From assembly GCA_051362555.1 (NCBI GenBank), contig CM120649.1, forward strand, positions 1,364,001 through 1,428,000: 64,000 bases of DNA. Reading direction: 5' to 3'. Shown here piece by piece: positions 1 through 10,954 of this stretch (position 1 is the stretch's first letter; each line of letters starts with the position of its first letter). The position numbers and the translations under genes were made by a program. The notes beneath the pieces were generated by a model. That model ran no database searches. It was not told the origin of the DNA and saw only the letters and a program-made list of their open reading frames with translations. This stretch comes from Lingula anatina (taxonomy: Eukaryota > Animalia > Brachiopoda).

Positions 1-1184
1 AGTATTCAGCCGTTTCCCTCTGCCCTGTAATGCACGATATAAAAGTTTCAAAGACTGGTAGGGCAGAAAAAAAACACTATAATTTTAAGTGAACTGCCTG
101 CTTTAGTGCCATCAGACAGCAGCAAACAGTTAAAATCTGCCAGATACGGTTACAGAGTACAGTACATGAGTGACTCAAGTCAAAATAATTATGATAAAAT
201 AATCAGCCAATCAATTTTCACTGCCAGCAGAGAGCAAGACATAAAACTGAATTATAACATAAGACCACCTATGATATTCACTAGTTCCAGTCACATTAAA
301 ATGAACTTCGTCGTCATTATGTATTTAGATTTCCTGACACCTTATATACATGTATATTGGAATCGTTCCAGGCGTCAAATGCGGCTTATCTCAGGTGGGA
401 CTTCATAAATATATAAAAGGCGGCTGTCGCCGCTTAACTCGTGTGCGTTAAATGATATCGCTATTAAAACAAATACCAATATTGGTCTGTTGATAAGAAA
501 CTACATTTCGAATTACCCAAATATTAAAAGAGTATAAGATGAATAAGGTTAATCTCGTTACTTTTGTATAAATACTTAAAAGCTGATGTATCCATGTGAA
601 CACCCATTTCTGAAAAATTGTTAGTTTTTTTTTCTAAAAATTGTAAATGGTTTTCATTTTCAGACTGAAGATTCCTCAATGCAAAAAAGCACATGAGTAA
701 CTGGTGCATTTGTATATCCTCAAAATATGAGAATGAAAAATAATTGATCACGTGTCGGTGGGTTATCTTGCTGTGACGTCATAACCTTATGCGACGTCAT
801 GTTTTTAAATACTCTTTGGTATTGGCTTATCCTTTGGCACTGTAAAAGATACTACTTGACTAGAATGCTGAATTTGACCAAAATGGATAAATAAATAATA
901 CATTAAAAGAGCAAAATTTCATTCAGCTTTTGATCGGGTTCAAATGTAGGTTGCAACTAAGGAACAATCAAATTTAATTCTGCGTTGCTTTTGCCAAAAC
1001 AGCAAATGAATCTCAAATGAATTTCAAATGCATGACTAGTTTCAAGGTTACAACTCGAAATAAATCCTCCAAAACCATCGGGTTCCTTCATTTAAATAAA
1101 TTACTAAATAAAAAGACAACCATCCTTTCGCTATTTTTAAGTGAAACAAGCACCTCGCGACGTAGCACGAATACAGGCCAGAGG

Positions 1185-2058
1185 TTAGCCAACACCAGAC
1201 GGGGGGCATTCATCGCCCGACACACATGCTCTTTCTGATTGCTTCCATATGGTATTCTCCGGGCAATCGTACATTATGGGTCTCTGGCCCTTCCCGTGGC
1301 AGTAGTAGAAAGTAGTGCAGTTAGGGCCGGGACCTGGTAACCACTCAGCCTTATCGGACTGACAAATCTGTGTAGCCTCAGTCGTAGCGCTTAATGGCGT
1401 TATTGGTGAAGGGGTGAGTGGCAGCGTGGATGGTACCCCATTCATGCTCAACACGGGCAACGAACGCTGGTGTCCTCCATCGTAATCTTGCATCGCCGAT
1501 CCGGAGCTTCCCTGCGCGGACGTCAAAGAAGCGCTCCGGTTGTTGCAGTAATCCGGATCGTAGGCAACGCAGAAAAGGTCCTTCTGGTTCCACATGCGAC
1601 CACTCGCGCACTCAAGGAGGTGCATCCTCCACCCAATACAGCTATAGTACTTAGTGCAGTCCGTCAGGTGTTCATAGAACCCTGTCTCAGAGGGGCAGGT
1701 GAAAACGCCCGATCTGGTCGTCGTCGAGGGAGTAGGCGTGGTTGTGGTGGTTGGTGTTGGTGTGGTTGTCGGAGTCGTGGTTGTAGAGGGCGTGGTTGTT
1801 GTGGAGGTTGTGGTTGTGGCTTGCGTGGTACTTGTAGTTTGTGTGGTAGTCGTCGTGGTAGGTGAAGTCAATGCAGTGGATGTGGTTGTTGGTTGCGCCG
1901 TGGTTGAGCGACTCCTCATCTTCTCCATGCTCAAGGAAGATGCGTCTATCGTGTAATTGCTCTTATTCATCCCTGTCTTGAACGCTTCGAGTACTTCCTC
2001 CTTGGCAACCAGCTGGGTTTTGAAATAGGCCTCAAAATTTACAATCAGACTGCCGTTT
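1185..2058 (-). CDS. Alternative terminal exon C of the SEA/mucin/chitin-binding type II membrane protein: C-half of SEA, ~70-aa Thr stalk, two CBM14 (peritrophin-A) domains, stop
   Basis: Acceptor tttttttcccaatcatttacag|A AAC GGC AGT (phase 2). Reads NGSLIVNFEAYFKTQLVAKEEVLEAFKTGMNKSNYTIDASSLSM, in frame with ORF 1185..1970. Six-Cys domains CPSETGFYEHLTDCTKYYSC...CASGRMWNQKDLFCVAYDPDYC (~1545-1697) and CQSDKAEW...CTTFYYC...CPENTIWKQSERACVSGDEC (~1206-1364). Confidence 0.88.
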
Positions 2059-3236
2059 CTGTAAATGATTGGGAAAAAAATTGATTAATGCACAAACAGC
2101 ACGACGAAGAAAATTCGACATGCTGGAAAGCAGGAGGTCAAATTCTAAATTTAATCAGTGTTGCCGTTTCATGGCGAAAGAGAAAACATTTTACTGGGTA
2201 GTCTGGAGATTATCCCCCTTCCACACCCCCTCCATCCCTCCCTCCGTCATAGGAAAATACGTACACGTGATAGCAGAGGATCTTAAAGCCCCTACGACCT
2301 AGATGCATATTACGGCTTGTCATTACGAAAAGCAAGCGTCAGTTAATTGCTTCAGCTGTTTAAGCTTCTCCAGTATTCAGCTAAGCTCCACAAAGGAAAA
2401 ATTAAAACAGCGTGAGTTGATTTTTAATTACAGAAGCATGAATATGTGATAATTTGAAAGCTTGAGAATATGTAATGAGGCGATGGGATTTCTCTAAAAC
2501 TATATGCGACACATATGTACCCATTTCATGAAAACCGTAAACATGCATACGAGTGCATTTTACCTAATATGCATAACATAAACAATTAGCAGATATTAAC
2601 TATCAATATACACATAATAACCGTGCATGCAGCGTTCATGACAATAACCTATCCATAATATAAACAGGACACAGCAAGATAATTGTCGGTGCATACAAGA
2701 GGAAACAAGCAAATCAACGCCGAGTATAAGCTTCAGCTTGAGGTGCTTCATAGCTGTACTAAAATGTAGTAGAAGCACAGGTCTACTCTAGAAAACAAGA
2801 ATGCACACAGCAAAATGAGAGAATGAAGTCAACTATGAAATTACATTCACTTACGTGTATTGAATCGATGTATAGATGCTGGGTTTTTTTATGTGGCATG
2901 GGTTTTGCACTTATAAGAAAGATATTTTGTTAAATCCGCATGTTATTGTTCGTCAACTTATTTCATAATTATGCAACATAATTCCAAACATGCCCAATAA
3001 ATCCTATATGTCATTACAGGCGCCTCGTCTCCATCCAAAGCAATAATAATAATAATAATAATACCGTGCAAAAAGCGCATGGCCTACCAAATTTGAGCAT
3101 GACATGTTAAATCGTGTCTGAGGTGTTCAATGCAAACCCTAAATTATATCCCTAAGGCAGAAGTAGACCTACTTAACCAAGAGCGTAATTTACGGTGTTC
3201 CACCTGCGATATTAACATACCCTGTGTAATCAAGCC

Positions 3237-5352
3237 TCACTCCCAGCCAGACGTTAACACCTGGTCGCACAGCTCTTGGTCAAAGGGGAAACAGCCGCGC
3301 TCTTCCTGGTTCCACATCAACCCGGGAGGACAGTCATAGAACTCCCCCAACTGCCCTGCCCCTTTGCAGGATATAAACCTAAGGCAACTACCAGGGGCTG
3401 GGACCCAGCCGGCTGAAGAACACATATAAGGCTGCCTCATAGTGGGGGCTGGGTTCTCTTCAACGTTTAACGACCCAAATGGGTTGCTCCCGCCATCTAG
3501 GGGTCCCCTAATGGGTCTACGTGTGGTGGGGGTGCGGGTGGTTGATGAGGCGGTGGTGGTGGTGGTTGTGGTGGTGCTGGGTGTGGTTGCTAAGGTCGTG
3601 GTTGCTAGCGTCGTAGACGACGTCACGAGTGACGACGTTGTGGTTGATGACGTAGAAACTTGGGCAAGTGACGTGGTCACATCGCCGCAGACGACCGGGT
3701 CGTAGCGGACACAAGTTCTCTCAGCATGGCTGTACATCCTCCCGCGGTAACAAGTGTGGTTGATCGGCATATAGTCAACACAGGCATAGAATGACACACA
3801 GTTGGTCGGATCGGGAAAAAACCCATGTTGTTCCCGACAAACAAACGTACTCCCTGTGGTCGTCTGGACTGTAGGGGGCGCTTCCATGGCACTGGTAGTG
3901 ACAGGTTTGTTCCGTGTTGACGCGTGTGTTGTTTGTGTACTTTGTGGCGTTTGTGGTGAAGACAATGAGGCAGTAGTGATTGCTTCGGTCGAGAGAGTCC
4001 CAGGATCAGTAGTCAAAATATCAGACGTGCCAATGCCGGTTTCAGTTGTTCCGACCGTCGTGCCGTCACTGGTTTGAGTTGTATAACTTGCAGCTGTGCT
4101 TATCCCAACAGGGTTGGTGGTATCACTAACAAATGTGTCAGCGCTACTGAATCGATTAACGACGGTGGTCTTAGATTTGTCTGAGTCTGTTGTGCCAGCT
4201 GTATTAGCACGTGTAGTAAGTCTCATGCTGCTTTCGGTGGTAACGCCCGGAAAAGTTGATTGCCAATCATTACGCGTAGAAACATACGGCGTTTCCGGAG
4301 ACGCTGTGGTGACGTCACTCTCACTCTGTGTGGTGAGTGGTGGAGTGACGTAAGAACTTAATGTCGAAACACTGACGTCAGCTCGGGAAGACGTTTTGTA
4401 TGACTGAGCGGTGGTACCATCTGATGTCGTTTGTCCCCGTGATGTGACGTCACTAAGTGAAGTTGTCACAGTCACTGCATCAGTTGATCTGCTAACAAAA
4501 GACAGAGAGGTGGTACTTTTCTCCGAGTAGGGTTTGGAGTCATCTGCAGCCCCTGTTGATTGCGTACTTGCTTCTGAACTTGGAAACATCGTTGGAGACA
4601 GCGTTGTATACTTTCCAGTTATTCTGGTTGGTGCTGAACTTAACGTAACTGAATCAGATGTTGACAATGTGTCCTGTGTCATTACAGAAGTATAAGCTGA
4701 TTCTACAGTTGTAATCGAAGGATGTGTAACAGACTGAGTAATAGCTGATTGTGTTGTTAACTGCGTTGTGCTTTGTGATTGTGGTGCGTCTGTTTCTGAC
4801 AATGGTGACTGTGAGACTGTCGATGGTGTTGTGTCCGATTCTTCAGAAATTGTCACCTCTGAGGTAGACCGTGCAGTGGAGACAGGTAGATTTGTTGTTG
4901 ATTGTGTCACGGTTGGTGACAGCTTGGTTGACATAAGTGTTGGTGCACGATGTGTTGTTGTTGGTGATGTGCTTGCTGGTTTTGTAGTCTCTGGTAATTT
5001 TGTAGGTGTCAGTGTTGTAAACGATTGTATTGTTGAATCGGAAGAAGTTTCAGTAGAAATAGCACTTGGTCGAAACGTTGACGTGACTGCCTGCTTTGAT
5101 GTGCTAGTAAAAGCCACTGTCGTGGTGGGACTTTTAGAGGGCGGCAGAGCCGCATAAACTGGCATCCTCTGCAGTGACAGTGATGGGGCATCGTATGTGT
5201 AATTATCCTTTGAGTTATTCACAAACGCACTACTCAATGTCGAAAACACTGCGTCTTCTAGGGAGACCGTTTCATTCTTGCCATCCAGTCGTATTTTCCC
5301 GCGTGGGACGGGTTTGAACGCTACGGTAAACTTTACGATTACGCTCCCCTTC
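3237..5352 (-). CDS. Alternative terminal exon B: C-half of SEA, ~440-aa Ser/Thr mucin stalk, two CBM14 domains, stop
   Basis: Acceptor ttctacatactatttcag|G AAG GGG AGC GTA ATC GTA (phase 2). Reads KGSVIVKFTVAFKP...VFSTLSSAFVNNSKDNYTYDAPSLSL, in frame with ORF 3237..5249. Domains CREQHGFFPDPTNCVSFYAC...CYRGRMYSHAERTCVRYDPVVC and CSSAGWVPAPGSCLRFISC...CPPGLMWNQEERGCFPFDQELC. Confidence 0.88.
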
Positions 5353-5744
5353 CTGAAATAGTATGTAGAACTATTAGATCACTGCTACCTAAACGGCAGT
5401 GCGCGGCAAGGTGCTGGCAGTCTACTGGTGTTGCCTCTACGAGTGAGAACAGAATCAAATGATCAACATGCAAGGAGACCAAATACAGCGATTTGACAGG
5501 GGTCAGTTTGGCATGCCGCATGGTCTGTAGACAACGCCATTTCTTGCTGGTACTGGTTATTGTGAAGAGTTAGTCTTGGCTTGCAGACGATCAGTGCCAT
5601 CCAACGTCGATTCTTAAACTCAGTCATATTTGCCAACAGAATGCCACGACACAATGTGCCAGCTCAATGCCAAGTTTTTTTTAATCCAGGCAGACATATT
5701 ACGCCATCTATCGTCCACGGCCGTGCCTATCTCATCTACTACTA

Positions 5745-6461
5745 CTACTTGCCGCTGCCTTGCTGGTTAGTAACGCCGCCGCCTACAGCCTGCCGTGCCG
5801 TATATCCATGGAATCCCCCCTCGTCTTCTCGCGGCGGGCAAATGGACTCGTCCAGCGCAATGCACGTGCTGTCGGCCTGGGACCACATTGTACCCCTCGA
5901 GCAATCCAGCCGCACGCCTCTGTTACCATCGCACACAATAAACCTATGGCAGTCCTCAGTGGGGAAGTACCCAGTACTGCTGCAGTCCACTGGCGGGCCG
6001 ACGGTGACGATATCGGACGGCAAGGTGGGCGGTACCGACGGAAGTGACGTGGGCGCTATAGCGACCCAGCAGCCGAGGATGTCGTACGCAATGCAGAACC
6101 GCTCCGCCTGGCTCCACATGCGGCCCAGCCCGCACGGGATGAGGGTCGCACGGCCGCCCGTGCAGCTGTAGAACTTGGTGCAGTCGGTTGGGTGGGCGAA
6201 CAACCCGCTGGGCAAGGGGCAGTAGAAGCTGTGCGACGGGTTTTGGGATGCGGCAGGCGACGTGTTAATACTCCAAGACGCAGACGTAGTAGTTGTTGTA
6301 GTTGTAGTTGTAGGCGTGGTAGTGGTTGTGGTGGTGAATGCAGTTGTTGTGGTAGCAGATGTAGGGGTCGGGGTAGTGGTAGTAATTGCAGTAGGTGGTG
6401 TAATTGGGGTAGAAGTAGCAACAGTAGTAGTAGTGGAAGGGGCAGTGGTAGGTGTTATGGC

Positions 6462-6503
<42 letters not shown>

Positions 6504-7080
6504 TGGAGTAGTAGTGGTGTCAATAGTGGTAGTAGCCGTTGTAGCAGGGGTCGTATCAACCGTGTCAGTTGACGGAGGCGTGTTTGGCACAGTTGTAGTA
6601 GCAGTAGCAATAGCCGCTGGGTTTGAAACAGTAGACGGAGTATATGAAGAGGTAGTTACTGAGGCAGCAGTAGTAGGATCAGTAGACGACACAGTGGTCG
6701 GAAAGGCAGTAGTTTCAGAAGCGGCAGCGGTAGTAGTAGTAGAAGAAGTAGTAGTAGAGGGGGTTGTAACTGAGATGGCAGGCGCGTCGGTTGATCCATC
6801 AGTGGTGGTAAAAGTAGAGGTGGTAGTAGTAGAACTAGTGGTGCTACTTAGTCTAGTGTCTCTACTAGTTGTAGGTGCAACCACGACAGTCTCATTGAAC
6901 TTAGTAAATCTAAAGTTCCAGCTCTTATCAATGGTGTACGGACTGTTAGACTGCGTGCTCAATGCTTCGTTAAGGGTGTTCTGCACATGCGTGACCTCGA
7001 GGTGAGCAACCCTGTGCGACTCGCTCTCAGTGGATGGCGGCTTGAATCTCACTTCAAAATCGACAATTAAACTGCCGTTC
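5745..7080 (-). CDS. Alternative terminal exon A: C-half of SEA, ~225-aa Thr stalk, two CBM14 domains, stop
   Basis: Acceptor ctttttcaccatttcag|G AAC GGC AGT TTA ATT GTC (phase 2). Reads NGSLIVDFEVRFKP...YTIDKSWNF, in frame with ORF 5745..7256 (ORF residues upstream of 7080 are intronic). Domains CPLPSGLFAHPTDCTKFYSC...CGLGRMWSQAERFCIAYDILGC and CSSTGYFPTEDCHRFIVC...CSRGTMWSQADSTCIALDESIC. Ends in four consecutive TAG codons (5747-5736). Confidence 0.88.
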
Positions 7081-7291
7081 CTGAAATGGTGAAAAAGTGT
7101 GCACGGTTTTAACTCTATGTGCTGCCGCCTATTTGCCTCAGTCGTGCCTCTTACCGTAAACCCCGACATGCGCACCTTCCTTCCTTCCAACTGAATTCCT
7201 TCTAGACTAGTTTTTGTTTTGTTTCTCCCCGCTAGAGCCTCGATTTCGTCTGCCACCTCTACATACCACCACCAATACTACTACCACCACC

Positions 7292-7510
7292 TGACCGCCA
7301 GAGGACGTTTGTGTTAGCCATGACGAGCCAGCTTGGCACCCATTTTCCAATAACAGCGCCAGAGAGCGTTAGTTTACCATGATGAGCCAGCATGGAACCC
7401 AATTAAACTTACACCACAAGAGTGCATTTTTGTTAACCAAGAAGGGTTGATGTGAAATCCGTGTCTTGATAACACCAATGAAGGGCGTTTTAATTAGCCA
7501 TGACCAGCTA
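7292..7510. repeat. Degenerate ~60-bp tandem repeat (~3.5 copies)
   Basis: Recurrent gcca-gag...(c/g)gttt...ttagccatga...gccagc motif. CCATGA/CCAAGA anchors at 7318, 7377, 7437 and 7498 (spacing 59-61). Confidence 0.7.
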
Positions 7511-10500
7511 CTAGAGACATCTATCGATGTTTTAGTAATTTACATTCTACAGGACTAGTCTACCCTGTCTTTATCTAAAAAATATTAAATCCTCGCCTTA
7601 GTGCCTATAAACGTTACATCAGCTATCCTATCTAGCCAACTAAAATGTGTAACGACAAACGAGGAAAACAAACAACCCATTACCTCGCCTACCCACTCCG
7701 TGGGCAGGGCCACATTCATATGGCTTACTACAACTGCGACATAAAATCTTAACATCTTAACATAAAACATACACTTGTAAAAAAAAAACGACACTTGTAC
7801 AAAAAAAAATCGGTATCTCCAAGGTCACAGTCATTATTTTCAACAACAGTTGGAGTTGGAATGCGAGATACGGGCCCGGTGATTCCATGCGTGTCTGACA
7901 CGGCCTATCTTGGCCGGAATCAAGTCAAAATGATGTGGTCGACGAGCAGTATTTTTCCATAACACACAATTACGCCATTAAAGTACACGTAGGGCACATC
8001 CAAAGTACAAGGGTGATTCACAGGGACGAAAAGAAATGAAATTTCTTTACATATTTCTTATTTGTCCATTTATTATTTCCTGTAAGCAATTTGTGTATTT
8101 CCAAATGCCCAATCCATCAATCAAATGTGAAGTAATAAAAGTGCCCCAAACAAATAGTTTCGAATTTAGAGGAAATTTAATCGTCTCTGTCCTAACCCAT
8201 TCCGGTTTTGCTTCTTATTGGTGGGAGAAGGGAAATCTTATAAAGGTCAATATTAAAATGGCAGATAGGTTTGTTAAATTCCCAAGTTTTATAATTATGC
8301 TGCAGTGCATGGCTGGGGGCAGTGTGTAAGAGTATCTCCCAAGTAAAAATAAATAATAAATAAATGAATCAATAAAATGTAATTAATTAAATACTGTTAG
8401 AGTGTTTGAAAATAAATATATAGAGGGAGCGATGTATTACATTGCTGTAATGTTCAGAAAGACATATTTCTAAGGTCTAAATATTTGGTGTGTTGTCACG
8501 TGTTTTGACGCAGGTTCTCCACACAGCGTCGCCAGCATCGCAGGAGGAGCCAACAAAACGCACACATGCAAGCAACGCATAAAGAAACAAGACACAATAA
8601 AAACAACAACAATCACAATTTGGTTTAACACGAATGGGCGAAGGAACAAGAAAAAAAAAACATGCAGTTAATTCAAAGAAGATTGGCACATCTTTGACAT
8701 AGTTGCACTTTAATCTGCAAAATCACCATTAAGATGAACGATCTCCAAAGAGCAGAATCATGCTCCAGATCGGTGACTGACCCCTCCCCCCTTACTAAAC
8801 TACTGATTAAGTAGCGCAACGGAAATTTTGATCTAACTTTATTCTATTCTTCCTCCAGTTTCAGTACAAAAAGACGAACGTATTCAGAATCCTATGTTCA
8901 TAAACAAGGATTGCCAATATTCTCCGCCTTCACTCAATATAACACAATTAAGATTAGTACGAGAAATCATGCACCCGTCACCTTAATACATTTCAATGTG
9001 GTTCGGGAACACTGACCGCCAACGGCGACTTCTAGCAGAACTGTGCAGAACTCCCAAGTGAATTTCAGAATAAATTATAAAAAACGGTCCAAATCGGACC
9101 ACAATTGTCGCATATATCCCGTTAACCCGCTTACTTAAGGAGTAATATGACACCGTTTGAATTTGTTCTTGTTTCTTCAAAATACTCAACAAGGACGTTA
9201 ACTTTTTTTACAAATTCATTTTTGGATTTTTTTATTCCACAAAAGGTACAGAAGAGATACCAAAAGTATTAAACCTAAAGGCTTTCTTTCGAAAGAACAT
9301 AATTTTTTAATGGTAAATGCACTAATGAAGCCGTATACATGAATTTTGATGGAAAAAAAAATACTTGGCAAAAGTACCACACTTTCTTAGACATTTGGAC
9401 AATGGTCAACGAAGTCCAGAACTCCTGAGGCGGTCAGTGCGCACGGCCACAGCATAAAGAAAAATTCATCACACATTTTTGTAATTAAGACATAGGAAAA
9501 TATATCAAGTGACAATTGCAAAAGTACAGATGTCACGCGAGATATGAAGATTTAAAAGTATTACTTGCAGAACAGACACGCAAAAATGAAGATTACAATG
9601 CTTAAATATACTGCCGACTATAAATATACTGTTCGACAATTTGTAACATAAACACTGCACAATAAGGCGTGGCGAAATTCAGTGTTTCCTGGTAAAGACG
9701 ACAAATATGAAGGGACGTTACTTTTATGAAAAGAATTCTTTTCACCAGATCTATAGATCGGTTTTGCACAATGAAAGTACAACTTATCACAACTCAATTT
9801 GCTGTCAGTTTCTTGTAAGTCATTGTTTAGGTGACGGAAAAGTGGTTCCTTTGTTTTAAAGTCTGGACTTCTTTATTTCAGAATAAACCTAAAATGTTGA
9901 CAATAACAAAGCAATAATTTGGCTTTTGCTTTTGATTTATAATTATGCAGCAACGATGTAACCAGCTACTTGTGTCCTATGTGGTTGGGTCACCTACCCA
10001 AGGACAATCCGTTTTTGTCTTAGATAAATTATTGGAAGAATGTTGCACTTAAAGATATCAGTGTTCATATTTATGCCAATTCCTGTCCATACTTTCCAGC
10101 TCGATTAAATAATTTGACAGATATATTTTTTAACATTCTGAAACAATTATTAATTTCGTAGATGTGACATTTTTAACCAAAGTGTATGTAGAAGGAAAAA
10201 GTTTGTTTGTCCAAGTCTTAATACAAGTTTTGCCCACAGCAATAACTGATACACGATAACACGATAACAAATGTGCGCGAATTTTGTGGAAACAAATACA
10301 ATACCGTTTACAAACTTTCAAGGAATAAGATGAATAGCAGATAAGAAAAACACCGGTAAACACTAATTTAAGAGTAACGCTACATCACATTTTGACACCT
10401 TAAAGCCCCTAATTACATTCGAGGTTTTCTTTTAGTCAGAAGTCATTTTCTAAAGGAAAACCGCAAATTTGCTTGCGGCCAGACTTGTATTTGCATAACA

Positions 10501-10886
10501 GCGAGCCTCAGCGATGACATTTTCAGATTGTCTGGATAGTACAGGGTGTCAAAAAAATTTTTAATCTTTGCTAAATATTTTGTGCAAAAATGCCTGTGTG
10601 TCTGTTCGTGTGTTAACATGTTAGCGTTGGTGTAGGCCAATGCGCGTGCGGACGAGTACATGGAAGACCCAATTGCACGTATGTAACCTAGCTTATTCAT
10701 TGTGTCTAATGGTAGGTTAATGATAAAGTCCAACTGCTGTGCTACCTTTCATTTTATTGAAATAGCAGTGGTAACTTTTTTGTCCCCCCTGTATCGTCGT
10801 CGTGCCAAGGAAGCGAGAAGTTAACCACGCCTATTCTAATGTAATGATGGTTTACGCAGATAGTACCGCGTGGCCAGGGTACCCAC

Positions 10887-10954
10887 CCAAACTTTGTCAC
10901 CACGCAGCTCTGGTAAGAGTCCTGCAGGTCGCTGGACAAATAGGCATCGTCCAC
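10887..10954 (-). CDS. Last constant exon (middle of SEA domain): VDDAYLSSDLQDSYQSCVVTKF-G
   Basis: Acceptor tgttttttttttcaag|GTG (phase 0) and donor TTT GG|gtgggt (phase 2); 68 nt. The phase matches all three downstream acceptors. Confidence 0.85.

Noticed and set aside
1378-7005. Plus-strand poly-Val and alternative-frame ORFs (e.g. 1699-1956, 3442-3705, 4768-5157, 5581-6171, 6262-7005)
   Set aside because: Antisense or frameshift shadows of Thr-rich coding exons (ACN codons read as Val-rich on the other strand).
1185-7256. Reading the three mucin-CBM14 ORFs as three independent single-exon genes
   Set aside because: No signal peptides, the ORF-track starts are mostly GTG or internal, and each begins mid-SEA right after a phase-2 acceptor that matches a single upstream donor.
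7292-7510. 60-bp periodic repeats as a CRISPR-like array
   Set aside because: Eukaryotic intron, whole units are degenerate with no repeat/spacer structure, and no cas genes.
2099-10805. 9-nt complementarity (gcacgacga at 2099 / tcgtcgtgc at 10797) as a Dscam-like docking-selector pair
   Set aside because: Too short to exceed chance and no equivalent match was found before cassettes A and B.
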